Shown piece after piece: positions 9,304 through 16,344 of a DNA stretch of 24,000 bases. Position 1 is the first letter of the stretch. Each line of letters opens with the position of its first letter. The stretch is from assembly GCF_900450705.1 (NCBI RefSeq), contig NZ_UGHK01000002.1, positions 1,220,970 through 1,244,969 on the forward strand, written 5' to 3'. Both the position numbers and the translations under genes were made by a program. Source of the stretch: Avibacterium paragallinarum. Lineage in GTDB: Bacteria > Pseudomonadota > Gammaproteobacteria > Enterobacterales > Pasteurellaceae. The notes below the pieces were generated by a model, which saw only the letters and a list, made by a program, of their open reading frames with translations, had not been told where the DNA came from and ran no database searches.

Positions 9304-10183
9304 AGACACTGAAGAATTTCGCCATACAAGAACATTCACAAATATTTGGAAACTTTTTTATCAGAATAAAGTGGCTTTAGGAAGTTTTTACCTTTTTTTA
9401 GCATTTATTTTGACCGCACTTTTTAGTCGATTCCTCGCACCTTATTCTGACCAAATGCAGTTTGTAGGCTATGAACTTATGCCACCTTCTTGGGTTAATG
9501 AAGGAAAGATTACCTATTTTTTTGGTACTGATGATATAGGGCGAGATGTATTTAGCCGTTTAATTATTGGAACCACTTATACCTTAGGGTCAGCATTAAT
9601 TGTTATTTTAATGACCGCAATATTTGGTGGAATCCTTGGTGCTTGGGCTGGGATGTCTCAAGGCATTAAAGCTCGCATACTAGGGCATTTCCTTGATGCA
9701 TTTCTCTCTATTCCTGTTTTATTAATCGCCATTATTATTGCAACATTAATGCAACCAAGCCTAATGAATGCAATATTAGCTATTACATTGGCATTACTTC
9801 CTCATTTCATTCACGAGATCTATCAAACCATTCAAACCGAATTAAAAAAAGAATATGTTTTAATGCTACGTCTAGAAGGTGCGTCCAATTGGCTTATTTT
9901 TAAAGAAGCCATATTTCCAAATATTTGTATTAAATACATTCAAGAGATCGTAAGAGCTTTTACTATCGCAATATTGGATATAAGTGCATTAAGCTTTATC
10001 TCTTTAGGAGCACAGCCCCCCACTCCAGAATGGGGAGCAATGATCAAGGACTCACTTGAGCTCATTTATCTTGCCCCTTGGACCATTATCCTCCCTGGGT
10101 TAGCCATTATGGCTCTGATTCTTGTCGGATTATTACTAGGGAACGGCATATGCCAAGCCATTGAACAATACTACAAAAAATAG
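9293..10183 (+). CDS. sapC: Peptide ABC transporter permease SapC
   Basis: Overlaps the sapB 3' end by 11 nt. It is a DppC/OppC-like permease with motifs '[16 protein letters not shown]' and '...[17 protein letters not shown]'. Confidence 0.85.
   Translation: MQDKDTEEFRHTRTFTNIWKLFYQNKVALGSFYLFLAFILTALFSRFLAPYSDQMQFVGYELMPPSWVNEGKITYFFGTDDIGRDVFSRLIIGTTYTLGSALIVILMTAIFGGILGAWAGMSQGIKARILGHFLDAFLSIPVLLIAIIIATLMQPSLMNAILAITLALLPHFIHEIYQTIQTELKKEYVLMLRLEGASNWLIFKEAIFPNICIKYIQEIVRAFTIAILDISALSFISLGAQPPTPEWGAMIKDSLELIYLAPWTIILPGLAIMALILVGLLLGNGICQAIEQYYKK
9413..9421 (-). repeat. Uptake signal sequence core (Hin-type USS)
   Basis: Exact ACCGCACTT on the plus strand. Confidence 0.85.
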
Positions 10184-10191
10184 GAATCCTA

Positions 10192-11247
10192 ATGGCACTA
10201 CTCGATATTCGAAATCTTTGTATAGAAATTCCCACTTCAACTGGGAAAGTAAAAATTATTGATAATGTAAACCTCACACTGAATGAAGGTGAAATCTGTG
10301 GACTTGTCGGAGAATCAGGATCAGGCAAAAGCCTTATTGCGAAAGTTATCTGTAATACGATTAAAGAATCTTGGATTGTTACCGCAGATCGCTTTCGATT
10401 TAATGATATTGAGCTACTAAAACTCAGCACACATAAAAGAAGAAAACTCATCGGTAAATCTATTTCAATGATTTTTCAAGAACCCCTTACTAATTTAGAT
10501 CCTAGTAAAAAAATAGGCAAACAACTCATACAAAACATTCCTTCTTGGGCATTTAAAGGTCATTGGTGGCAGTGGGTTGGCTGGAAAAAACGAAGAGCAA
10601 TCGAACTGCTTCACAGAGTCGGAATAAAGGATCATAAGGATATAATGAACAGTTACCCCCACGAAATAACAGAGGGAGAGGGACAAAAAGTGATGATCGC
10701 TGTTGCTGTTGCTAACCAGCCTCGTCTACTTATCGCAGATGAACCTACAAATGCTTTGGAATCGATCACTAAAATACAAATATTTCGTTTACTATTAAGT
10801 ATGAACCAGAATCAAGGTACCTCAATTTTACTCGCTAGCAATGATATAAATAGTATCAGTGAATGGTGCGACACCCTTAATGTTTTATACTGTGGTCAAA
10901 ATGCTGAGTCAGGTCCAAAAGACAGCATTATTTCAGCCCCTCATCACCCTTATACAAACGCTTTACTTCACTCGATCCCAGATTTCAAATACCCTCTGCC
11001 TCTTAAAAGCCGTCTCAGTACATTAAAAGGCAATGTTCCCTTACTGGATCAACTTCCAATAGGCTGCCGACTAGGTCCAAGATGTCCATTTGCACAAAAA
11101 AAATGTATTCACAAACCTGCTGGAAGACGAATAAAACAACACGAATTTTTCTGCCATTTCCCACTAAATTTACGGGAACATCAATATAAAGAAAAAGAAG
11201 AACAACGCCCTCTTATCATTACCACCGATGAAAATAATGAAGAATAA
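10192..11247 (+). CDS. sapD: Peptide ABC transporter ATP-binding protein SapD
   Basis: Walker A 'GESGSGKS' and Walker B 'LLIADEPT'. The degenerate signature '[18 protein letters not shown]' corresponds to the E. coli SapD 'YPYELTEGECQKVMIA' motif. Confidence 0.85.
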   Translation: MALLDIRNLCIEIPTSTGKVKIIDNVNLTLNEGEICGLVGESGSGKSLIAKVICNTIKESWIVTADRFRFNDIELLKLSTHKRRKLIGKSISMIFQEPLTNLDPSKKIGKQLIQNIPSWAFKGHWWQWVGWKKRRAIELLHRVGIKDHKDIMNSYPHEITEGEGQKVMIAVAVANQPRLLIADEPTNALESITKIQIFRLLLSMNQNQGTSILLASNDINSISEWCDTLNVLYCGQNAESGPKDSIISAPHHPYTNALLHSIPDFKYPLPLKSRLSTLKGNVPLLDQLPIGCRLGPRCPFAQKKCIHKPAGRRIKQHEFFCHFPLNLREHQYKEKEEQRPLIITTDENNEE

Positions 11248-11256
11248 GGAAATGAA

Positions 11257-12057
11257 GTGGATACCTTACTACAAATTAAAAACTTATCGAAATATTTTGA
11301 AGATAATATAAATATTTTTTCCTCTACGCGACTGATCGCCGTAGAAAATATTAACTTCGAACTACAACGTAAAAAAACACTTGCCATAATAGGAAAAAAT
11401 GGCTCTGGAAAATCAACTTTAGTCAAAATGATCGTTGGAATTATCAAGCCGAGTGCGGGGGAAATTTTATTTAAAAATACCCCCCTTCAATTTGGTGATT
11501 ATTCTTACCGCTCACAACATATTAGAATGGTATTTCAAGATCCTAACAGCTCGTTTAACCCTAAACTTAATGTAGGGCAAATTTTAGATACCCCACTTAG
11601 ACTCACATCTACATTAAATGAAAGAGAACGCGACAAAAAAATCTTTTCTACGCTCAAATTAGTCGGTCTTTATCCTGATCAGGCGAATGTCAGAATTAAT
11701 ACAATGTCTATTAGCCAAAAGCAACGCGTGGCATTAGCAAGAGCATTGATCCTAGAACCTGAAATCATAATTACCGATGATGTTCTTGGCTCACTTGATG
11801 CAACCGTAAAAACCCAACTAATGAATTTAATGCTAGAAATTCAAGAAAAACTCGGTATTTCATATATTTATATAGGGCAACATCTCGGTATTATCAAACA
11901 TATCTCAGATAATGTATTAGTGATGGATGAAGGTAAAATGATTGAATACGATACCACTAAAAAAATTTTCACTCATCCTCAAAATGAAGTAACTAAACGT
12001 CTGGTAGAAAGCCATTTTGGACATCTCCTCACAGAGGAATCTTGGCAAACGAGATAG
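11257..12057 (+). CDS. sapF: Peptide ABC transporter ATP-binding protein SapF
   Basis: GTG start at 11257, 6 nt after AAGGA (11246-11250). Walker A 'GKNGSGKS', signature '[15 protein letters not shown]' and Walker B 'IIITDDV'. Confidence 0.85.
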   Translation: MDTLLQIKNLSKYFEDNINIFSSTRLIAVENINFELQRKKTLAIIGKNGSGKSTLVKMIVGIIKPSAGEILFKNTPLQFGDYSYRSQHIRMVFQDPNSSFNPKLNVGQILDTPLRLTSTLNERERDKKIFSTLKLVGLYPDQANVRINTMSISQKQRVALARALILEPEIIITDDVLGSLDATVKTQLMNLMLEIQEKLGISYIYIGQHLGIIKHISDNVLVMDEGKMIEYDTTKKIFTHPQNEVTKRLVESHFGHLLTEESWQTR

Positions 12058-12072
12058 TCAATACACAATAAC

Positions 12073-12097
12073 AAAAAGCTCGCAACATATTGCGAGC
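12073..12097 (-). terminator. Rho-independent terminator of the L31B-L36B operon; the hairpin may also stop sapF transcription
   Basis: GCTCGCAA (12078-12085) and TTGCGAGC (12090-12097) form an 8-bp stem with a 4-nt loop. On the minus strand the stem is followed by TTTTTGTTATT. On the plus strand there is no T-tract. Confidence 0.7.
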
Positions 12098-12130
12098 CTG
12101 ACAGAAATGATAAAGAAACCATAACCCAAA

Positions 12131-12274
12131 TTAACGTTTTTTCTTTTTACCGCCTTGACGAGCTTTAAAACGCGGATTTTCTTTACAAATCACATAAACC
12201 ACACCGTGGCGGCGTACAACTTTGCATTTTGGGTGGCGAGTTTTCGCTGTTTTTAATGATGAAAGCACTTGCAT
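12131..12274 (-). CDS. ykgO: Type-B (Zn-independent paralog) 50S ribosomal protein L36 (YkgO/RpmJ2), 47 aa; absent from the supplied ORF track because it is under 60 aa
   Basis: Hand translation of the minus strand gives '[47 protein letters not shown]'. This is colinear with E. coli YkgO ('[41 protein letters not shown]...'). The AAGGAT RBS starts 9 nt after the L31B stop. Confidence 0.85.
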   Translation of the reverse strand: MQVLSSLKTAKTRHPKCKVVRRHGVVYVICKENPRFKARQGGKKKKR

Positions 12275-12283
12275 AATTGATCC

Positions 12284-12550
12284 TTATTTTGATTTTAATG
12301 CACCGAATTTACCGTAGCGATTATTGAAATCACTGGCACGCCCTTCACTACTAATTTGGCGTGTTTTCCCTGTATAAAATGGATGTGATGCAGAAGAGGT
12401 ATCACACATAAACACAGGATATTCCTTGCCATCTTCCCATTTCATTGTTTGCGTTGTTCTGGCACAAGAGCGGATTAAAAAACCTTTTTTGGCATTGCTA
12501 TCATAGAAAAGTACGGTGCGATAATTTTCAGGGTGGATACCTTTTTTCAT
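12284..12550 (-). CDS. ykgM: Type-B 50S ribosomal protein L31 (YkgM/RpmE2), 88 aa
   Basis: '[33 protein letters not shown]...[34 protein letters not shown]' has the L31 core 'SHPFYTG' and lacks the N-terminal CxxC zinc ribbon pair of type-A L31. The true start is ATG 12550 (RBS AAGAGG), not the ORF-track start at 12622. Confidence 0.85.
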   Translation of the reverse strand: MKKGIHPENYRTVLFYDSNAKKGFLIRSCARTTQTMKWEDGKEYPVFMCDTSSASHPFYTGKTRQISSEGRASDFNNRYGKFGALKSK

Positions 12551-12622
12551 TAGAGAACCTCTTATTTTGCGATAAAAAATAACTTGAGCAGCTATCCTAC
12601 AATAAATGCAAACTATTATCAA

Positions 12623-12649
12623 ATCTTATTTTTTAAAGTAAAATAAGAT
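12623..12649. promoter_or_regulatory. Perfect 10-bp inverted repeat upstream of the L31B promoter region; candidate operator of unknown specificity
   Basis: ATCTTATTTT (12623-12632) and AAAATAAGAT (12640-12649) flank a 7-bp spacer, about 75-100 bp upstream of the L31B ATG. The site sits in the divergent L31B/dsbD intergenic region. It does not resemble the gamma-proteobacterial Zur box I remember. Confidence 0.25.
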
Positions 12650-12756
12650 GGCGATAAATTTGTCAAAATCCTAGACTATTTCTACATTGATTAACAAAAG
12701 GATATGCTAAAATCCTATCTTTATTAACGCATTTAACCTAATTTTCTAGGACTAGA

Positions 12757-14487
12757 ATGAAAAAAATTATCATCACTGTTTTATTATGTTGCACAGCTTT
12801 ACTGGCACAGGCAGGGTTATTTGATACCAAGCCTAAATTCCTCAAAGCTGATGATGCCTTTCAGTTTAGCTATCACCCAACTGGTAACCAGCTTTTATTA
12901 GAATGGACAATCGCCCCCGATTATTATCTTTATAAAAAAGAAATTCGCCTTGAACAAAATGATCAGCCACTTCGCGATCTTCCGTTTCCGCCAGCCGAAA
13001 ATTATCACGATGAATTTTTTGGCGAAACGGAGATTTATCGCCAACATTTAGCCTTACCAATCCCTATCAACAGCGATACGCCCGTGCAGTTCAGCGTAAC
13101 CTACCAAGGTTGCACCAAAGGGTTTTGCTATCCGCCAGAAACGAAACGCGTAGAATGGCAGCCTTCAGAAAATGCGATGCAAAAAAATTCGTCGCCAAAA
13201 AGTGCCGCACTTTTACCCTTGAATGAACAACAATCGCTCGCACAACAATTATGGCAAAGCAAATATGCCGTATTTGGCTTTTTCCTATTGGGATTAGGGC
13301 TGGCATTCACCCCTTGCGTGTTGCCGATGTTGCCATTGCTTTCCGCCATTGTCATCGGCAGCGGACAACGCCCAAGCACCTTGCGAGCCTTAGGGCTGAG
13401 TTTCGCCTATGTGCAAGGAATGGCACTGACTTACACCTTGCTCGGCTTGACGGTCGCCGCTATCGGCTTGCCGTTTCAAATCGCCTTGCAAAGCCCCTAT
13501 GTTCTGATTGGGCTATCCATTCTTTTCGTATTACTCGCATTGTCAATGTTTGGGTTATATAGCTTACAGCTTCCTACTTCCTTGCAAACCAAGCTCACCT
13601 TGCTCAGCCAAAAACAAAAGAGCGGTGCGTTTGGCGGGGTGTTTTTGATGGGAATGATCGCAGGACTGGTCGCCTCCCCTTGCACCTCCGCCCCTTTATC
13701 GGGTGCGTTGCTTTATGTGGCACAAAGTGGCGATCTGTTCACAGGGGCAATCACTCTCTATTTACTCGCCTTAGGAATGGGCGTGCCGTTGATGTTGGTT
13801 ACAGTATTTGGCAATCGCATTTTACCCAAATCAGGCGACTGGCTGGAAAAAGTCAAAATTATCTTTGGCTTTGTGATGCTTGCTTTGCCCGTCTTTTTGC
13901 TTTCTCGCCTATTGCCTGAACTATGGGAGGCCCGCCTCTGGGCATTACTCGGCGTTTCGTTTTGCTTATGGGCTGGGTTGCAAATTCAGGGTAAAGGCTT
14001 AGGCTGGGTAGCTCGCATCGCTTTCTTTATTTTGGCGATGATGTTAGTGAAACCTTTGCAATCTTGGCTCTGGAATGAGGCAGATTTCCCACAACGCTAT
14101 CAAGGGCAAAGCAACGAAGCTCACAAAGTCGCGTTCCAAAAAGTGGAAAGCTACGCGGAGTTACAAAAAATCTTACAAAAAAATGACCGCACTTTTGTCA
14201 TGCTCGATCTCTATGCAGATTGGTGCGTTGCCTGTAAAGAATTTGAAAAATACACCTTTTCCAACCCGCAAGTGCAACAAATGTTTGATGAAATGTTGTT
14301 ACTCCAAGTGGATATGACCAAAAACAGCCCACAAAACACTGAACTGATGGAAAAACTCAATGTGTTAGGCTTGCCGACAATCCTGTTTTTTAACTTACAG
14401 GGAAAAGAAATTGAAGCCGCTCGTATTACAGGATTTATGAACTCAGAGCAATTTTTAAACTGGTTACAGCAACGGCTTAATAAATAA
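12757..14487 (+). CDS. dsbD: Thiol:disulfide interchange protein DsbD (DipZ)
   Basis: The 576-aa product has a signal peptide 'MKKIIITVLLCCTALLAQA' and an N-terminal alpha domain ('...VTYQGCTKGFCYPP'). The multi-span central domain carries 'FTPCVLPMLPL' and 'ASPCTSAPL'. The C-terminal thioredoxin-like domain carries 'DLYADWCVACKEFE'. Confidence 0.9.
   Translation: MKKIIITVLLCCTALLAQAGLFDTKPKFLKADDAFQFSYHPTGNQLLLEWTIAPDYYLYKKEIRLEQNDQPLRDLPFPPAENYHDEFFGETEIYRQHLALPIPINSDTPVQFSVTYQGCTKGFCYPPETKRVEWQPSENAMQKNSSPKSAALLPLNEQQSLAQQLWQSKYAVFGFFLLGLGLAFTPCVLPMLPLLSAIVIGSGQRPSTLRALGLSFAYVQGMALTYTLLGLTVAAIGLPFQIALQSPYVLIGLSILFVLLALSMFGLYSLQLPTSLQTKLTLLSQKQKSGAFGGVFLMGMIAGLVASPCTSAPLSGALLYVAQSGDLFTGAITLYLLALGMGVPLMLVTVFGNRILPKSGDWLEKVKIIFGFVMLALPVFLLSRLLPELWEARLWALLGVSFCLWAGLQIQGKGLGWVARIAFFILAMMLVKPLQSWLWNEADFPQRYQGQSNEAHKVAFQKVESYAELQKILQKNDRTFVMLDLYADWCVACKEFEKYTFSNPQVQQMFDEMLLLQVDMTKNSPQNTELMEKLNVLGLPTILFFNLQGKEIEAARITGFMNSEQFLNWLQQRLNK
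14186..14194 (-). repeat. Uptake signal sequence core (Hin-type USS)
   Basis: Exact ACCGCACTT on the plus strand. Confidence 0.85.
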
Positions 14488-14492
14488 TTAAT

Positions 14493-14532
14493 GCCTTGTT
14501 ATAGCTAAATTGATTTCCGCTTTATACAAGGC
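14493..14532 (+). terminator. Weak candidate stem-loop after dsbD
   Basis: GCCTTGT (14493-14499) pairs with ACAAGGC (14526-14532) and is followed by TTTGAG. The loop is large and the U-tract poor. Confidence 0.25.
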
Positions 14533-14630
14533 TTTGAGCCAATGACAGTACAAGCTAAGTAAACGCCATAAGAAAATGAAAGAAGTTTAGCTATAGTTTA
14601 AATTAAACAGCTATATCTTTATTAGAGATA

Positions 14631-14700
14631 TATAGTCGTTTGATTTCAAAATAATACGGCGTTACATCGCCTTGTCTTATTTTGAAATCAAACGACTATA
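14631..14700. repeat. 70-nt perfect long inverted repeat (24-bp arms, 22-nt spacer with a nested GGCG/CGCC stem)
   Basis: Left arm TATAGTCGTTTGATTTCAAAATAA (14631-14654). Right arm TTATTTTGAAATCAAACGACTATA (14677-14700), an exact reverse complement. The spacer TACGGCGTTACATCGCCTTGTC contains GGCG (14658-14661) and CGCC (14668-14671). Neither arm is followed by a T-tract. Confidence 0.9.
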
Positions 14701-14708
14701 CTATTCCT

Positions 14709-14900
14709 AAACATTATACTGAGTTTGACATCCTCCCCGCCCTAAAGGACGGGGATTCCTACTAGTGCCAATTGGCAAGCAATGGGCTACTCTCGGTGGG
14801 TTCTTGTTGCTGACCTCTCAATGAAGTTCACTTCACAAGCTATACGGGCATGTCCTGCCCTGACATTTTATTACGCGTGGACGATAGCTCGCCCACGCCC
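14709..14900 (-). ncRNA. Predicted TnpB omega-RNA (reRNA): scaffold from the tnpB 3' end and right end, plus about 16 nt of flank as guide. The 5' end is not determinable from sequence
   Basis: 146 nt of non-coding but visibly structured sequence lies between the tnpB stop (14871) and the predicted RE terminus (14725). On the minus strand this includes GGGCA..TGCCC, the palindrome GCCAATTGGC and the RE hairpin CCCCGTCCTTTAGGGCGGGG. In characterised IS200/IS605 TnpB systems the guide RNA is encoded exactly here and reads through the RE into the flank. Confidence 0.4.
14735..14754 (-). repeat. Right-end (RE) subterminal imperfect hairpin of the IS605-type element
   Basis: The plus strand reads CCCCGCCCTAAAGGACGGGG. 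The outer stem is 5 bp (CCCCG/CGGGG), with an inner CC/GG and a bulged base. Confidence 0.7.
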
Positions 14901-16007
14901 CAATACATTTAACGCTCCAACCACATCGGCATTTTCTGTGTAGCCACATTCTACACACTCAAAATTAGCCTGTGTTTGGCGATTTTCTTTTGCTACATGA
15001 CCACAACAAGGGCAAGTTCGACTCGTGTTTTGCGGTGGCACTGCCACTAAAAATCCACCTTGCCATTGCGTTTTGTAATCCAACTGACGGCGAAACTCAA
15101 ACCAAGATTGATCTAATATCGCTTGGTTCAACCCTGATTTTGCAGCAACATTTTTGCCTGGTGTTTCCGCCGTACCTTTGGCTGATTTTGACATATTTGA
15201 CACCTGCAAATCTTCAATATAGATCATGGCGTGGTTTTTGCTGATTTTGCTTGAAGTCTGATGCAAGAAGTCTTTGCGACAATTGGCAATTTTATGGTGC
15301 AGTTTGGCAATTTTCGCCTTTAATTTCTGCCAATTTTGGCTAAATTTTACTTTATTTTTAAGCCTCTTTTGCAGTTTAGCCAATTTTCCTTTGTAAGTTT
15401 TAAAGGCGTTAACCGGTTCAAAATATTCACCATTTGACAATGTTGCAAAACGTGCAACGCCCATATCAATACCGATTTCACCGCCTTTATGTGTCGGGAT
15501 TTCGTACTCAAATTCAGTTTGAATACTGACAAAATAGTGACCGCACTTTTGGCTGACGGTAACATTTTTGATTTCACCAACGATATCTCGGCTGTTGCGA
15601 TAGCGAATCCAGCCGATTTTTGGCAAAAATAAGCGGTCATTTTCCTGTTCTAATTTGCAACCTTGCGGAAAACGAAAGCTCTCTTTCACGCCTTTTTTCT
15701 TGAATTTTGGAAAGTCGGCACGTTTCTGAAAGAAATTTTTAAACGCACTTTCTAGGTCTTTTAAAGACTGTTGAAGCACTTGAGAATGGCATTCTTTTAG
15801 CCAAACTAATTCTTTTTTCCATTGTGGAAGCAAGTTGGCGATTTTAGTGTAACTGAACTTAAAGCTGTTATCTTGCTCGTATTGTTCATTTTGCCAAGCC
15901 AATGCCCGATTGAACACAAAACGAGAGCAACCGCAAAATTGCTTGATTTTACGGGTTTGTTCGCCATTCGGCATTATCTCGAACTTAAAGGTTTTGCGTA
16001 GTTGCAT
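14871..16007 (-). CDS. tnpB: TnpB (IS605 OrfB family) RNA-guided RuvC-like endonuclease, apparently intact, 378 aa
   Basis: The N-terminus 'MQLRKTFKFEIMPNGEQTRKIKQF' is typical of the family. RuvC-like acidic motifs are 'EIGIDMGV', 'MIYIEDLQV' and 'TENADVVGALNV'. The zinc finger reads 'CPCCGH...ECVECGY'. The ORF-track start at 16013 is a TTG; the first ATG is at 16007. Confidence 0.85.
   Translation of the reverse strand: MQLRKTFKFEIMPNGEQTRKIKQFCGCSRFVFNRALAWQNEQYEQDNSFKFSYTKIANLLPQWKKELVWLKECHSQVLQQSLKDLESAFKNFFQKRADFPKFKKKGVKESFRFPQGCKLEQENDRLFLPKIGWIRYRNSRDIVGEIKNVTVSQKCGHYFVSIQTEFEYEIPTHKGGEIGIDMGVARFATLSNGEYFEPVNAFKTYKGKLAKLQKRLKNKVKFSQNWQKLKAKIAKLHHKIANCRKDFLHQTSSKISKNHAMIYIEDLQVSNMSKSAKGTAETPGKNVAAKSGLNQAILDQSWFEFRRQLDYKTQWQGGFLVAVPPQNTSRTCPCCGHVAKENRQTQANFECVECGYTENADVVGALNVLGRGRAIVHA
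15540..15548 (-). repeat. Uptake signal sequence core (Hin-type USS) inside tnpB
   Basis: Exact ACCGCACTT on the plus strand, within the tnpB coding sequence. Confidence 0.85.
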
Positions 16008-16052
16008 TGACAAGGTTTAGAATGTAAGTTTTCCATATTTTACCCTTGGCCT

Positions 16053-16286
16053 ATGCAAAAAGAAACAGAAATTAGGCACGGTAGACATTGTGTTTTTAAT
16101 ATGCATGTTCACTTAGTCTTTGTAACAAAATCAAGCCGAATGATTAGGAAGAAAAACTACCCGAACATCCGCAAAAAACTTTGGGGTAATCAGCTGTGGT
16201 CTCCGTCTTATTTTGCGGGCTCTTGCGGTGGTGCACCTATTTCCATTATTCGCCAATACATTGAGCAACAACAAACACCTGATTAG
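16053..16286 (+). pseudogene. tnpA: IS200/IS605 Y1 (HUH) transposase TnpA remnant with an in-frame internal deletion (77 aa)
   Basis: 'MQKETEIRHGRHCVFNMHVHLVFVTK' is a family N-terminal strand. It is fused directly to 'SSRMIRKKNYPNIRKKLWGNQLWSPSYFAGSCGGAPISIIRQYIEQQQTPD', a family C-terminus. Full-length relatives are about 130-155 aa, so the central part is missing. Confidence 0.7.
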
Positions 16287-16324
16287 TTAGGTTTGAAACG
16301 GCTTACGCCGTTTGTGCCTTATAT

Positions 16325-16344
16325 CTCCGCCCTGAAGGACGGAG
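16325..16344 (-). repeat. Left-end (LE) subterminal imperfect hairpin of the IS605-type element
   Basis: The plus strand reads CTCCGCCCTGAAGGACGGAG. It differs from the RE hairpin at positions 2, 10 and 19. Positions 2 and 19 pair with each other and change C:G to T:A, which is compensatory. Confidence 0.7.

Noticed and set aside
10107-10451. 114-aa minus-strand ORF across the sapC/sapD junction, plus 10495-10686 and 11181-11447 antisense to sapD and sapF
   Set aside because: They are antisense to strongly supported ABC transporter genes. They have no RBS or motifs and no room for a promoter.
13091-13919. Cluster of 60-100-aa ORFs on both strands inside dsbD (13091-13306, 13128-13379, 13251-13562, 13497-13685, 13680-13919, and also 12866-13060 and 14075-14317)
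   Set aside because: All are nested in the well-supported dsbD frame, within its locally GC-rich transmembrane core, where stop codons are rare in every frame. Their products are Arg/Cys-rich nonsense.
14500-14630. Recurring AGCTA-containing short motifs (TATAGCTAAAT, CAAGCTAAGTAAA, TTAGCTATAGTTTAAAT, CAGCTATATCTTT) and the 13-nt palindrome GTTTAAATTAAAC, considered as a CRISPR-like or iteron array
   Set aside because: The repeats are only 5-7 nt long, irregularly spaced and imperfect. There is no repeat-spacer periodicity and there are no cas genes in the window. This is consistent with chance in AT-rich intergenic DNA.
15347-15640. 97-aa minus-strand ORF and 90-aa plus-strand ORF (14972-15244) inside tnpB
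   Set aside because: These are alternative-frame or antisense ORFs nested in the tnpB CDS. They have no motifs or translation signals.
16297-16316. Small hairpin AAACGGC-TTAC-GCCGTTT just after the tnpA remnant stop, considered as a separate element or as related to the GGCG..CGCC mini-hairpin inside the 70-nt palindrome
   Set aside because: The stem is only 7 bp and lies inside the IS left end, so it is most simply part of the LE or a tnpA terminator. The resemblance to the palindrome spacer is limited to a few bases.
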